Shown piece by piece: positions 1-7,848 of a stretch of 64,000 bases of DNA. A program made the translations under genes and the position numbers. Each line of letters starts with the position of its first letter. The stretch's first letter is position 1. This DNA is from Myxococcota bacterium (GTDB lineage Bacteria > Myxococcota_A > UBA9160 > UBA4427). Under the pieces are notes generated by a model. The model was not told where the DNA came from and did not search any database. It worked only from the letters and a program-made list of their open reading frames with translations. The stretch covers positions 6,597 through 70,596 of the forward strand of contig JAWKRX010000003.1 in NCBI GenBank assembly GCA_041389425.1. The letters are read 5' to 3'.

Positions 1-162
1 CCCGAGCTGTCGCATCAGCCGTTCGAGCTCGGGGCGCGTGGGCTTATCGTCGAGATAGTGGATGTAGCTCGCCTGCGTGCCGCGCTCTTCGAGGAGCGCC
101 CGGGCACTGCGGCATTTCGAGCAGCGGGGGTTGAAGTAGACGGTCGTCTCGGCGTCGGGCAT
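1..162 (-). CDS. ArsC/Spx-family reductase-like protein (first 54 codons only; remainder lies beyond the window edge)
   Basis: Minus-strand ATG at 162-160. My translation is MPDAETTVYFNPRCSKCRSARALLEERGTQASYIHYLDDKPTRPELERLMRQLG. The N-terminal strand plus CxxC/S pattern is typical of ArsC-family (YffB-like) proteins. It is absent from the ORF track because it is truncated. Confidence 0.6.
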   Translation of the reverse strand, partial: MPDAETTVYFNPRCSKCRSARALLEERGTQASYIHYLDDKPTRPELERLMRQLG

Positions 163-283
163 GCGGCGATCATCTCGCGGATCGGAGCGGTGTGCCAGAC
201 GGGGCGGGTGGCGACAACGAAGGGCTGCTTCCCGGGGCCAGGCGCGGAAAATCGACCCTGCACCTGCTCTCGCAGGACGTCTT

Positions 284-1534
284 CTACCCGATCTCGCGCT
301 CGTGGCCATCGAGCAGGCAGCTGACGTTCATGTCGCCCATGACGTTGATCGCCGTCCGGCAGCGATCGAGAAACCAGTCCACGGTCAACAAGACGGGGAT
401 GTATTCCAGAGGCAGTCCGACCGCAGCGAAGACCATGGTCATCGTGACCAGACCTGCCTCGGGGATGCCGGCGGCTCCGACCGACGCGACGATGCTCGTC
501 AGCACGACCATCAGCTGCTGCTGAAGGCTGAGGTCCATCCCGATCAGCTGAGCGATGAACAAGGCCGCCATCGCCTCGTAGAGGGCGGTGCCGTCGTTGT
601 TGAAGTTGGCGCCCACGAGCGCTCCCAGGCTGGCGGAACGTTCGCGCAATCCCACGCGATCGGTCAGGACCGTGTAGGTCACCGGCATCGTGGCAGTCGA
701 GCTGGCCGTGGAGAACGCCATGACCAGTGCATCCCGGCCGCCGCGCAGCAGGTCGATCGGCCGCACCCACGAGCCGAGCCGGATCCGGACGAGGTAGTTG
801 GTCGCCTGGATCGCGAGCGCGAGCAACACGCTCAGAACGAAGATCCCGAGCGCCTCGAAGGGAGCGAAGCCGACCGTGCCCACGATGCTGGCCACGATGC
901 CGAAGACCGCGAGCGGGACGAACGCGATCACCCCGTGCAGGATCTTGATCAGCGACTCGAGCGCGAGCTCGACGAGATTCCCGACGGTGCCGATCGGGCG
1001 ATCCCGTTCGTTGCGGAGGGCCAGTCCGAATGCCACGGCGATGACGATCACACCGATGACCTTTCCGTCGTCGCCGAGGGGGCCGAGCAGGCTGCTGGGC
1101 ACGTTCTCGAGAAGCAGGGCGAGCGGCCCCGCCGCCTCCGTCGACTCGTCGTTCGGCGCGGGCGGCGTGAGCGCCGCGCCGCGTCCCGGCTCGATCCCGT
1201 TGGCGACGACCAGGCCGACACCGATCGCCACCAGCGTATTGAGCAGCAGGAGTCGCGGCAGTCGCGTCGCGAGCGGTCCGCCGAGCCGGGTCGTCATGAA
1301 GGTATGGACGATCGCCGCCAGGATCAGGGGCGGCGCGAGCGCTCCGAGCAGACGCAGGACGAGCTGGCCGGGGAGGGCGAGACCAGCCGCTTCGGCTCCC
1401 AGCATCCGTCCTGCCGCGATGCCGATCACGAGGGCGAGCACGATGCGGGCGTAGAGCGGAATGCCCTGCCATCGCGCAATCAGGGTCCGGATCGGGGACG
1501 ACTTCGTCGGAGCGTCGGAATCGGCTTCCGGCAC
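284..1534 (-). CDS. Dicarboxylate/amino acid:cation symporter (DAACS, GltP/DctA family)
   Basis: 416-aa polytopic ORF with family-typical motifs (FSTASSTATMPV, AAGIPEAGLV, DRCRTAINVMGD). High third-position GC. Confidence 0.9.
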   Translation of the reverse strand: MPEADSDAPTKSSPIRTLIARWQGIPLYARIVLALVIGIAAGRMLGAEAAGLALPGQLVLRLLGALAPPLILAAIVHTFMTTRLGGPLATRLPRLLLLNTLVAIGVGLVVANGIEPGRGAALTPPAPNDESTEAAGPLALLLENVPSSLLGPLGDDGKVIGVIVIAVAFGLALRNERDRPIGTVGNLVELALESLIKILHGVIAFVPLAVFGIVASIVGTVGFAPFEALGIFVLSVLLALAIQATNYLVRIRLGSWVRPIDLLRGGRDALVMAFSTASSTATMPVTYTVLTDRVGLRERSASLGALVGANFNNDGTALYEAMAALFIAQLIGMDLSLQQQLMVVLTSIVASVGAAGIPEAGLVTMTMVFAAVGLPLEYIPVLLTVDWFLDRCRTAINVMGDMNVSCLLDGHEREIG

Positions 1535-1539
1535 GGTAG

Positions 1540-2820
1540 TCAGAGGCCGTCGAGTGCGGCGCGGTATTCGGCCAGGAGGTCGCGCCAGTCCTCGATCCCG
1601 ACCGAGATCCGCACGAGGCCCGGCGTCACGCCATGTCGCGCCTGCTGCTCCGGTGTCAGCTCGCTATGCGTCGTCGTCGCAGGATGGCAGGCGAGCGATT
1701 CCATGCCGCCGAGGCTCACCGCGTTCTTCGTGATCGTGAGCCGGCGCAGAAAATCGAAGGCCGCCGGCTTGCCGCCGCGCAGCTCGAGGGAGAGGATGGA
1801 GCCGGGAAAATCGCATTGCGCACGGCAGATGCGCGCCTGTTCGGGGTCGCGGAAGAGCCCGGGGTGGTGGATGCGTTCGATCGCCGGGTGGGCGACCAGG
1901 GCCTCGGCGATCCGGGTCGCGTTCTTGCTCTGTTTGTTCATGCGCAGGGAGACGGTCGGCAGCCGACTCTCGAGCAGCCAGCATTCGTCGGGCTGCAGGA
2001 TGTTGCCGAGGATCACGCGTGTCGAACGCAGCGCCGAGGCGAGCGTCTTTTCCCGGGTGGTGATGACGCCGCCCAGCATGTCGCTGAAGCCGGCGAGGAA
2101 TTTCGTCGCCGAGTAGACACAGGCGTCGGCGCCGAGCGCGAGCGGATGCTGGAAGATCGGGCCGAGGAAGGTGTTGTCGACGGCGACGATCGGGCGCGTC
2201 GCCCGCCGGCGAGCGGCGCGTACGGCGACCGCGATTTCGGTCATCCGCAGGGTGGGATTCGCCGGAGTCTCGATGAAGATCAGCGCGAGGGATTCCGCGG
2301 CTTCGATCGCATGCTCGAGGGCGGGGCCATCTCCGGCCGGAACGCCGATCGCGCGGATGCCCAGCGCTTCGATCAATTCGGAGATGAGGAGCTGCGTCCC
2401 ACCGTACAGGGGCAGCGTGTAGACGAAGCTGCTGCCCGGATGGCAGAGGGTCAGGAACAGCGTCGAGATGGCGGCCATGCCCGAGTTGAAGACGGCGGCC
2501 GAGCTCGCTCCGACTTCGAGGGGGATCAGCCGATCTTCGAGGATCTCCGCGTTCGGATGCGAGAGGCGCGAGTAGATCAGCTCGACGTCTTCGTCCTCGC
2601 GCGCCGTCTCGCGGCCGAGGGCGATCGCGAAGGCGCGCTCGGCCGCCTCGGGGCTCGAGAAGACGTAGGTCGAGGATCGGAAGACCGCGGGCCGCGCCGA
2701 GCCGACGGAGAGGCGGGGGTCGAAGCCGCGCGTCAGGACGGCGGTTTCGGGGCGAACGAACATCCGGGGTTTCTTCGGGAGGTCGGCCACGGTCGTCGAG
2801 GGTAGCCCGTCTCTCGACAC
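1540..2820 (-). CDS. Cys/Met-metabolism PLP-dependent enzyme (cystathionine gamma-synthase / methionine gamma-lyase family, divergent)
   Basis: 426-aa ORF with the PLP-lysine region YSATKFLAGFSD and overall family architecture. The motif deviates from the canonical G-H-S (it has G-F-S). The start could instead be the internal Met at about 2763. The stop lies 6 nt upstream of the symporter start. Confidence 0.85.
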   Translation of the reverse strand: MSRDGLPSTTVADLPKKPRMFVRPETAVLTRGFDPRLSVGSARPAVFRSSTYVFSSPEAAERAFAIALGRETAREDEDVELIYSRLSHPNAEILEDRLIPLEVGASSAAVFNSGMAAISTLFLTLCHPGSSFVYTLPLYGGTQLLISELIEALGIRAIGVPAGDGPALEHAIEAAESLALIFIETPANPTLRMTEIAVAVRAARRRATRPIVAVDNTFLGPIFQHPLALGADACVYSATKFLAGFSDMLGGVITTREKTLASALRSTRVILGNILQPDECWLLESRLPTVSLRMNKQSKNATRIAEALVAHPAIERIHHPGLFRDPEQARICRAQCDFPGSILSLELRGGKPAAFDFLRRLTITKNAVSLGGMESLACHPATTTHSELTPEQQARHGVTPGLVRISVGIEDWRDLLAEYRAALDGL

Positions 2821-3039
2821 GATCCGCTCCGCTCGGCTTCAGGCAGATCGATCGTCTCGGGCCGGTGTCCGAGATCCGGCCCGGTGGCCGGGTTCGTCGG
2901 CCAGCAGATCCGACGAGGGCGAGATCGAAGGACCTCCTGCCTTTGCTGTGCTGCCGAATCGGTCGACCGCCGACGAGGTGGGCCCACGATGGGGGCGAAC
3001 TCTCGCCGGCGGTCGCTGGAGGTTCGAGATTTCCCGGTC

Positions 3040-3696
3040 TCAGCTCGAGAGATCGATGACGGACTGGGCATCCAGTGCACGGCCTTCGAAGAAATCATTG
3101 TCCATCTTGCCGTTCACCCGTACCCGGTCGCCCACGCGGATCTTCTGGTAGCCGTCGTCGTCGAGCGGGTCGTAGGCCATCTCGTCGACATCGACGGTCA
3201 GCTTGCGGAGACCCGTATCGACCACGAACTCCGAGTCGCCGACATGGGTGACGGTTCCCTGGACGACGGTGGACGAGACGATCACCGGGACGTCGAGGGA
3301 CGAAAAGAAGAGATAATCCTCTTCGTCCGCCGAGCTGGCGAAGAAATAGGTGCCGAGCTTCTCGACGTAGACGCTGCCCGCTTCGATCTTGGTCATCTCG
3401 TAGAAATCGTCGTCGATCCGTCCGTAGACCGTGACCTTGTCGTCGGGGAGCAGCTTGTAGCCATCCGCGTCGCGGTCGCCGTCGTCCATCTCGACCTTGA
3501 TGATGCCGTCTCCGTAGTCCAGCATGAACGAATTCGGGGCGACGCTCTCGACGGTTCCGCTGATGCTGATCCACGTGTTGTTCGCCCGGGCGTACGGGTT
3601 CTTGTCCGCTTGCCCGCCCATCGCAGAGCCCGCCGACGAGAAGACGGCCGCGACGACGAGGGCCAGGAGGGCGTGGAGTCTGGAGTGGTGGGACAT
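3040..3696 (-). CDS. Secreted protein with two tandem OB-fold-like repeats (function unknown)
   Basis: 218 aa with an N-terminal signal peptide (LLALVVAAVFSSAGSAMG). Two internally homologous ~70-aa units are visible: ISGTVESVAPNSFMLDYGDG...VTVYGRIDDDF and VQGTVTHVGDSEFVVDTGLR...VRVNGKMDNDF. A GGAGG-type SD lies upstream. Confidence 0.75.
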   Translation of the reverse strand: MSHHSRLHALLALVVAAVFSSAGSAMGGQADKNPYARANNTWISISGTVESVAPNSFMLDYGDGIIKVEMDDGDRDADGYKLLPDDKVTVYGRIDDDFYEMTKIEAGSVYVEKLGTYFFASSADEEDYLFFSSLDVPVIVSSTVVQGTVTHVGDSEFVVDTGLRKLTVDVDEMAYDPLDDDGYQKIRVGDRVRVNGKMDNDFFEGRALDAQSVIDLSS

Positions 3697-3785
3697 GGGG
3701 CTTCCTCCTTTTCGTGAGTTCGTGTGGTGCGTTCATGATCGATCGAGTCCCGACGGATCGCGGTGGAGCCGGCGACCCGGCGGAA

Positions 3786-3811
3786 CATGCGCTGAATTTG
3801 CAATGCGCATG
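3786..3811. promoter_or_regulatory. Inverted repeat CATGCGC-N12-GCGCATG in an AT-richer island about 100 nt upstream of the OB-fold gene (candidate operator)
   Basis: Read directly from the sequence: catgcgc tgaatttgcaat gcgcatg. No binding protein can be assigned. Confidence 0.3.
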
Positions 3812-3982
3812 CCATGCGATCCGTCTGCCTCGGCCCGGCGACGCAGGGGAGACGAATCGGCCGAAGGGATTCTCGCCGATCCTGCAGGGTGTCGGCCCGG
3901 GAATCGCTGCGCCGGCGGGGGCCAGGCGCGCGGCGGGGATTGGCTGCGCGATGCCGACTTCTACAAAAGGGAAACGGCGCCC

Positions 3983-4783
3983 CTAACGACGTCGGTCCGT
4001 ACGCGGAAGGTCTTCACCCCAGACCTGCTCGAGTCTCTGCTGCCGGCCACAGCTCCATTTGTAGTAGGCGTACTGGACGGGGTGCATCTCGTGATAGTCC
4101 TGGTGGGACGCTTCGGCGGGGTGGAACGGGCCGGCTTCGAGCACCGGGGTCACGATCTCGAGCGCGCGGCGTGCTTCGATCGCGTCCCTGGATGCCTCGG
4201 CCTGGACGCGCTGGGTGGCGTCCCGGGCGAAGATGGCCGTCCGGTAGGCATCCCCCCGGTCGCAGCACTGGCCGCCCGGATCCGTCGGGTCGACGTTGTG
4301 CCAGAAGACTTCGAGGAGGGTTCCGTAATCGGTCTTCTGCGGGTCGTAGACGACCTCGACCGCCTCGTAGTGGCCGGTTCCGCCGGCGCTGACCTGGCGA
4401 TAGGTCGGATTCGGCAGCTGGCCGCCGGTGAAGCCGGAGGTCGCGCGAATCACCCCTTCGACCTCATCGAAGGCCTGCTCCATGCACCAGAAGCAGCCGC
4501 CGGCGAAGGTCGCGTACGCGCGCCGCTCATCGGAGGGTGGCGAGGCGGCGGGGGCCGCCAGTCCGCCCGGCTCCGTCTCGTGGTTCTGCGTCGCGGCGTA
4601 CTGCATCGGTGTCGACCGCTCGCGCAGCTCCGTGTCGCTCGGCTCGAGCTCGCCCGCGCTCTTCGACGTCGACCCGACACGCGGCGGGCCGGCGCCGGGA
4701 TCCGAGCACGCGACCGTGAACGCGCTGGCGAGAACGAGACCCGCGCAGGGCAGCATCGCCCGGAAGCTTCCGCTCGCGTTCAT
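3983..4783 (-). CDS. msrA: Peptide-methionine (S)-S-oxide reductase MsrA, predicted lipoprotein
   Basis: Catalytic GGCFWCMEQAF motif and MsrA fold motifs (GHYEAVEVVYDP, YHQDY-type tail). I chose the internal Met (MNASGSFRAMLPCAGLVLASAFTVAC, lipobox-like) because its ATG overlaps the upstream stop as ATGA at 4780-4783. Confidence 0.9.
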   Translation of the reverse strand: MNASGSFRAMLPCAGLVLASAFTVACSDPGAGPPRVGSTSKSAGELEPSDTELRERSTPMQYAATQNHETEPGGLAAPAASPPSDERRAYATFAGGCFWCMEQAFDEVEGVIRATSGFTGGQLPNPTYRQVSAGGTGHYEAVEVVYDPQKTDYGTLLEVFWHNVDPTDPGGQCCDRGDAYRTAIFARDATQRVQAEASRDAIEARRALEIVTPVLEAGPFHPAEASHQDYHEMHPVQYAYYKWSCGRQQRLEQVWGEDLPRTDRRR

Positions 4784-5532
4784 CGAAACGGCATCCAGAG
4801 CCCCATCGCGATCATCATGAGGTTCTCCGTCAGCGAGATGAAGCCGAGCGGCACGTTGCTCTCGCCCCCCACGCAGGCGCATTTCAGCTCGCGGCCGTCG
4901 ACATAGACCGCCTTCACGACCGATGCGGCGCCGACCGAACCGATGAAGAGCGCGATGGGCGCGGCGAGCCAGAGGAGCGCTCCCGCGATCATGAGGACGC
5001 CCGCCAAGGCTTCGGCGAAGGGATAGAGGTAGGCATACGGAACCCAGCGCCGGGCGAGCAGGTCGTAGCCCAGGAACATCGTCGAGAAGCGCTCGACGTC
5101 GCGCAGCTTCAGGAGCGCGAGGAGGGTCATCGAGGTGGCGACGAACGTCTCGAGCGTTCGAAGGCTCAGCGCGCTCCCGAATGCGTTCCAGCGCGTCGCC
5201 AGCGCGATCGCGAAGGCGATCGAGAACACGGCGATGATCGGTTGGTAGCGGGCCTCGCCCTCCTGCCTCACGGGCTCGCCGAGATGCTCGCGAAGAGCCT
5301 CGTATCCGCCGATCCGGCGGTCGCCGAGCCAGATCTGCGGAGTCGTCCCGACACCGTGCTCCTTTTGGAAGGCGTCGGTCTTCTCGCGCGACTCGAGCCA
5401 GCGATCGTCGATCTCGAAGCCCCGCCGCTCGAGCAGCTCCCTGGCCTTGAGGCCGTAGGGGCAGACATGGTCCGGCATCACCATGCGGTAGAGGGTCGCC
5501 TTGCGCGGCACGAGCGACTTCGATCCGCTCAC
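4780..5532 (-). CDS. Glutaredoxin-like domain fused to a MauE/DoxX-type membrane redox domain
   Basis: The N-terminal Grx fold has a monothiol CPYG in place of CPYC, plus TTPQIW and GGYEAL. The C-terminal part has ~4 TM helices and a membrane CAC motif (KCACVGG). The GTG start overlaps the upstream stop (GTGA at 5529-5532). Confidence 0.85.
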   Translation of the reverse strand: MSGSKSLVPRKATLYRMVMPDHVCPYGLKARELLERRGFEIDDRWLESREKTDAFQKEHGVGTTPQIWLGDRRIGGYEALREHLGEPVRQEGEARYQPIIAVFSIAFAIALATRWNAFGSALSLRTLETFVATSMTLLALLKLRDVERFSTMFLGYDLLARRWVPYAYLYPFAEALAGVLMIAGALLWLAAPIALFIGSVGAASVVKAVYVDGRELKCACVGGESNVPLGFISLTENLMMIAMGLWMPFR

Positions 5533-5927
5533 GACGAAGAGCTCGCGCCGCGCCCTCCGGTTGCGCAGTGGATCGCGTAGAGACCCTCGCCGGCGTCCGC
5601 GTCCCCGCCGCTCCAGTCGACGGTCTCGGGTTCCCGGGCCTCTTCCGATGCGTTGAGCCGCGCCACGTCAGCTGCAGTGGCTGCGTCCTCGATGGTCACG
5701 GGGGGAGGGGGCGCCGGTGAATCCTTCGCCGGCGCAGTGTCCGCCGAAGGGGCTGCCCACGGGCCGGATCCGTCCCCTCGAGCGGTCGCGCCCGCTTCCT
5801 TGGAATCGGCTTCGTGCTCCGCGGGCGACTCGCCATCGCCTTCGGAGCACGACGACAGGGGGAGCAGAAGGGCGAGGCTCAAACTGACTGCCCCCAGCGC
5901 TGATTCGAATCGGATTCGCTTGTTCAT
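5529..5927 (-). CDS. Small Pro/Ala-rich lipoprotein (unknown function)
   Basis: Internal Met of the 229-aa ORF: MNKRIRFESALGAVSLSLALLLPLSSC (lipobox). It is preceded by GGAGGGAGG. The rest of the long ORF upstream is not protein-like. Confidence 0.6.
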   Translation of the reverse strand: MNKRIRFESALGAVSLSLALLLPLSSCSEGDGESPAEHEADSKEAGATARGDGSGPWAAPSADTAPAKDSPAPPPPVTIEDAATAADVARLNASEEAREPETVDWSGGDADAGEGLYAIHCATGGRGASSSS

Positions 5928-6229
5928 GGCGGCCTCCCTCCTGGGATCCGTTGACGCACGTCCGCATTCATCGACACTGGTTTGCATTCGGCATGCCAAA
6001 CGTCGCCGCGTCGGTGGAGCGCCCGAGCGACCGGGGAGATCGGCGACACGCCGCCGACTGCGGTCGCTCCCGCCGGTCGATCTGGAGCACCCTGAAAATT
6101 GTCCAATCGGCCATGCGCACGCCGACGCGCCAGGCACGCGTCCTGCTTCTCGATGCCCTGAAAGTCGATGGCTCGGAAAATTGGCTGCGTCCCGGTGGAT
6201 GCCGCTCATTCGACACACTGGAGGTACCC

Positions 6230-6535
6230 ATGCATTTCATCTTCGAGGTCCACGTTCAGCCGGGCTACACCGCCGAGCAATATGCAGACGCCTGGCTGCG
6301 CGCCAGTCGGGTCCTTCAGCAGGCGCCCGGCGCCCGCGGCACGCGGCTGCACCGGAAGATCGGCGCACCCGACGTGCTGCTGGCCATCGCCACATGGACT
6401 TCCAAGCCGGCGCGAGATGCGATGGAGGCGAACACGCCGGAGCAGGTCCGGGAGATCATCGCCGAGCAGGCGCAGTTCGTGGACGTGAAGGTGGTCGGGG
6501 AGTTCGAAGATGCGGAGTGGGTGGTCGAACCGTGA
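6230..6535 (+). CDS. Antibiotic-biosynthesis-monooxygenase (ABM/Dabb)-like small protein
   Basis: ATG at 6230 is preceded by GGAGG (6220-6224). The 101-aa ferredoxin-like pattern is MHFIFEVHV...LLAIATWTSKPARDAM. Confidence 0.7.
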   Translation: MHFIFEVHVQPGYTAEQYADAWLRASRVLQQAPGARGTRLHRKIGAPDVLLAIATWTSKPARDAMEANTPEQVREIIAEQAQFVDVKVVGEFEDAEWVVEP

Positions 6536-6596
6536 CGCGTCGGCTCGTCTGTAGAGGCATGAATCATGCAGCAGGTGCGCGTGAGGAGGACACCGG

Positions 6597-6974
6597 ATGA
6601 CGGAGCAATCCACCACCCCGCTCTTCGCCGAGGCGCTCGACGTGATGAACGCTGCCCTGGCGCGTCACAAGGACGCGGCACCGTACAAGCAGATGCTGGG
6701 GCTCAGCGAGAAGCTGATCGGCGGCCGCAACATCGGGGTCTCGATCTACGATCAGGCCTCGGACCGCCCCATCGATGCATGCACCGTCACGTTCGAAGAG
6801 GAGCGCTTCCAGCTCGTGTCGGATGGGCAGCGGGAGCCGGGTCCGGAGATCACCTGGAAGGTGTCGCGCGAGTATCTCGAGAAGGTCGTCGAGAACCGCG
6901 AGGACTACCTCGCCCATCCCGCGAAGCTCGACTGGGACTGGCTCAAGAGCCGCATGGGGATCGTGCCGGCCTAG
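6597..6974 (+). CDS. Hypothetical protein (125 aa)
   Basis: Balanced amino-acid composition and strong GC3 bias. No family recognised. Confidence 0.6.
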   Translation: MTEQSTTPLFAEALDVMNAALARHKDAAPYKQMLGLSEKLIGGRNIGVSIYDQASDRPIDACTVTFEEERFQLVSDGQREPGPEITWKVSREYLEKVVENREDYLAHPAKLDWDWLKSRMGIVPA

Positions 6975-7040
6975 CAGCCTGACCCACGATGGGCCGCGCG
7001 CTGCTCCCGCTCTCGATCCGCCGGGTTCCGCACGCCGGAC

Positions 7041-7286
7041 TCAGCGGGTGTCGCGACTTTTTTCGCCCCGCGGTAGGTCGCTCGGGACCCCCTGAATCTC
7101 CTGGACCGGCGAGAGCGGCGATCCGGTGCGTCGTTGCCTGGTGGAGTCGTCGGGGGAGCGCCCGTCCAGCGAGCGGCCGCGCCGGCGGGCCACCCCGAAC
7201 ACACGCAGGCGGGCCATCCCGAACATCAGACAGATCCCGAGCACGACGAGCACGCCGAGAGGCAATGCGATCGATTCCCATTCCAT
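7041..7286 (-). CDS. Possible small single-TM membrane protein (81 aa)
   Basis: Internal Met MEWESIALPLGVLVVLGICLMFGM is preceded by GGAGGAGGG with 4-nt spacing. The C-terminal half is low-complexity and Arg-rich, so the call is uncertain. Confidence 0.35.
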   Translation of the reverse strand: MEWESIALPLGVLVVLGICLMFGMARLRVFGVARRRGRSLDGRSPDDSTRQRRTGSPLSPVQEIQGVPSDLPRGEKSRDTR

Positions 7287-7685
7287 GGATCCCTCCTCCG
7301 CGATCGGCCCTGTGATCGGCCCCGTAATCGGCAAAGACGATTGCGACCGACATCACGAAGCCAGACGCCGATCCGTGTCGGTGCGGGCGCCGGGTTGGGC
7401 GCTCGGGCGAGCCGCGAGGCCGACGGGATCGGCAGTGAATGGAGCATCGCATCAACCATGCCAACTCCTGCTGGAATGAGAGGGCGCGGAGATGGCGGCA
7501 CGCGGCCCGTCCCCGCCAGGCGCACCGGTGTGCCGAGGTAATTCGTAGAATCGTCAGAGCCTTCGCACGGTGATCGTGCGACACCGATGGGAGTACTGGG
7601 ACACTCGCGCCGCTCTCGCTCCCCGTAATCCCGCATGGGCGCGGCGCGCGCTGCGGATTCCGTCGATACTCGGCATGCCGTTCGG

Positions 7686-7701
7686 TGGCGCGAACTTTGC
7701 A
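7686..7701 (+). promoter_or_regulatory. Candidate sigma-54 (RpoN) promoter upstream of the beta-oxidation pair
   Basis: TGGCGCGAACTTTGCA versus consensus TGGCACG-N4-TTGCW: correct GG/GC spacing, one mismatch. It lies in a ~500-nt non-coding, lower-GC region about 150-230 nt upstream of the thiolase start candidates. ACTTTGCA is repeated at 7707-7714. Confidence 0.5.
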
Positions 7702-7848
7702 CTCGGACTTTGCAATCAGTCCCTGCAGTCCTGACAGACTCGTCGATTCAGCGCTCCGAGCGCAAAGAGGGCTCGGCGCGAAGAGGGCTCGGGCTGCGGA
7801 CTCGGGGCGCGGAGTGGAGCGTCGAGAACGGCGGGGGGGCGCGGAGAG

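Noticed and set aside
5529-5600. Cytochrome-c-like context GEGLYAIHCAT... at the C-terminus of the small lipoprotein.
   Set aside because: No CxxCH haem-binding motif is present (the sequence continues GGRGASSSS*). No single-base frameshift restores one.
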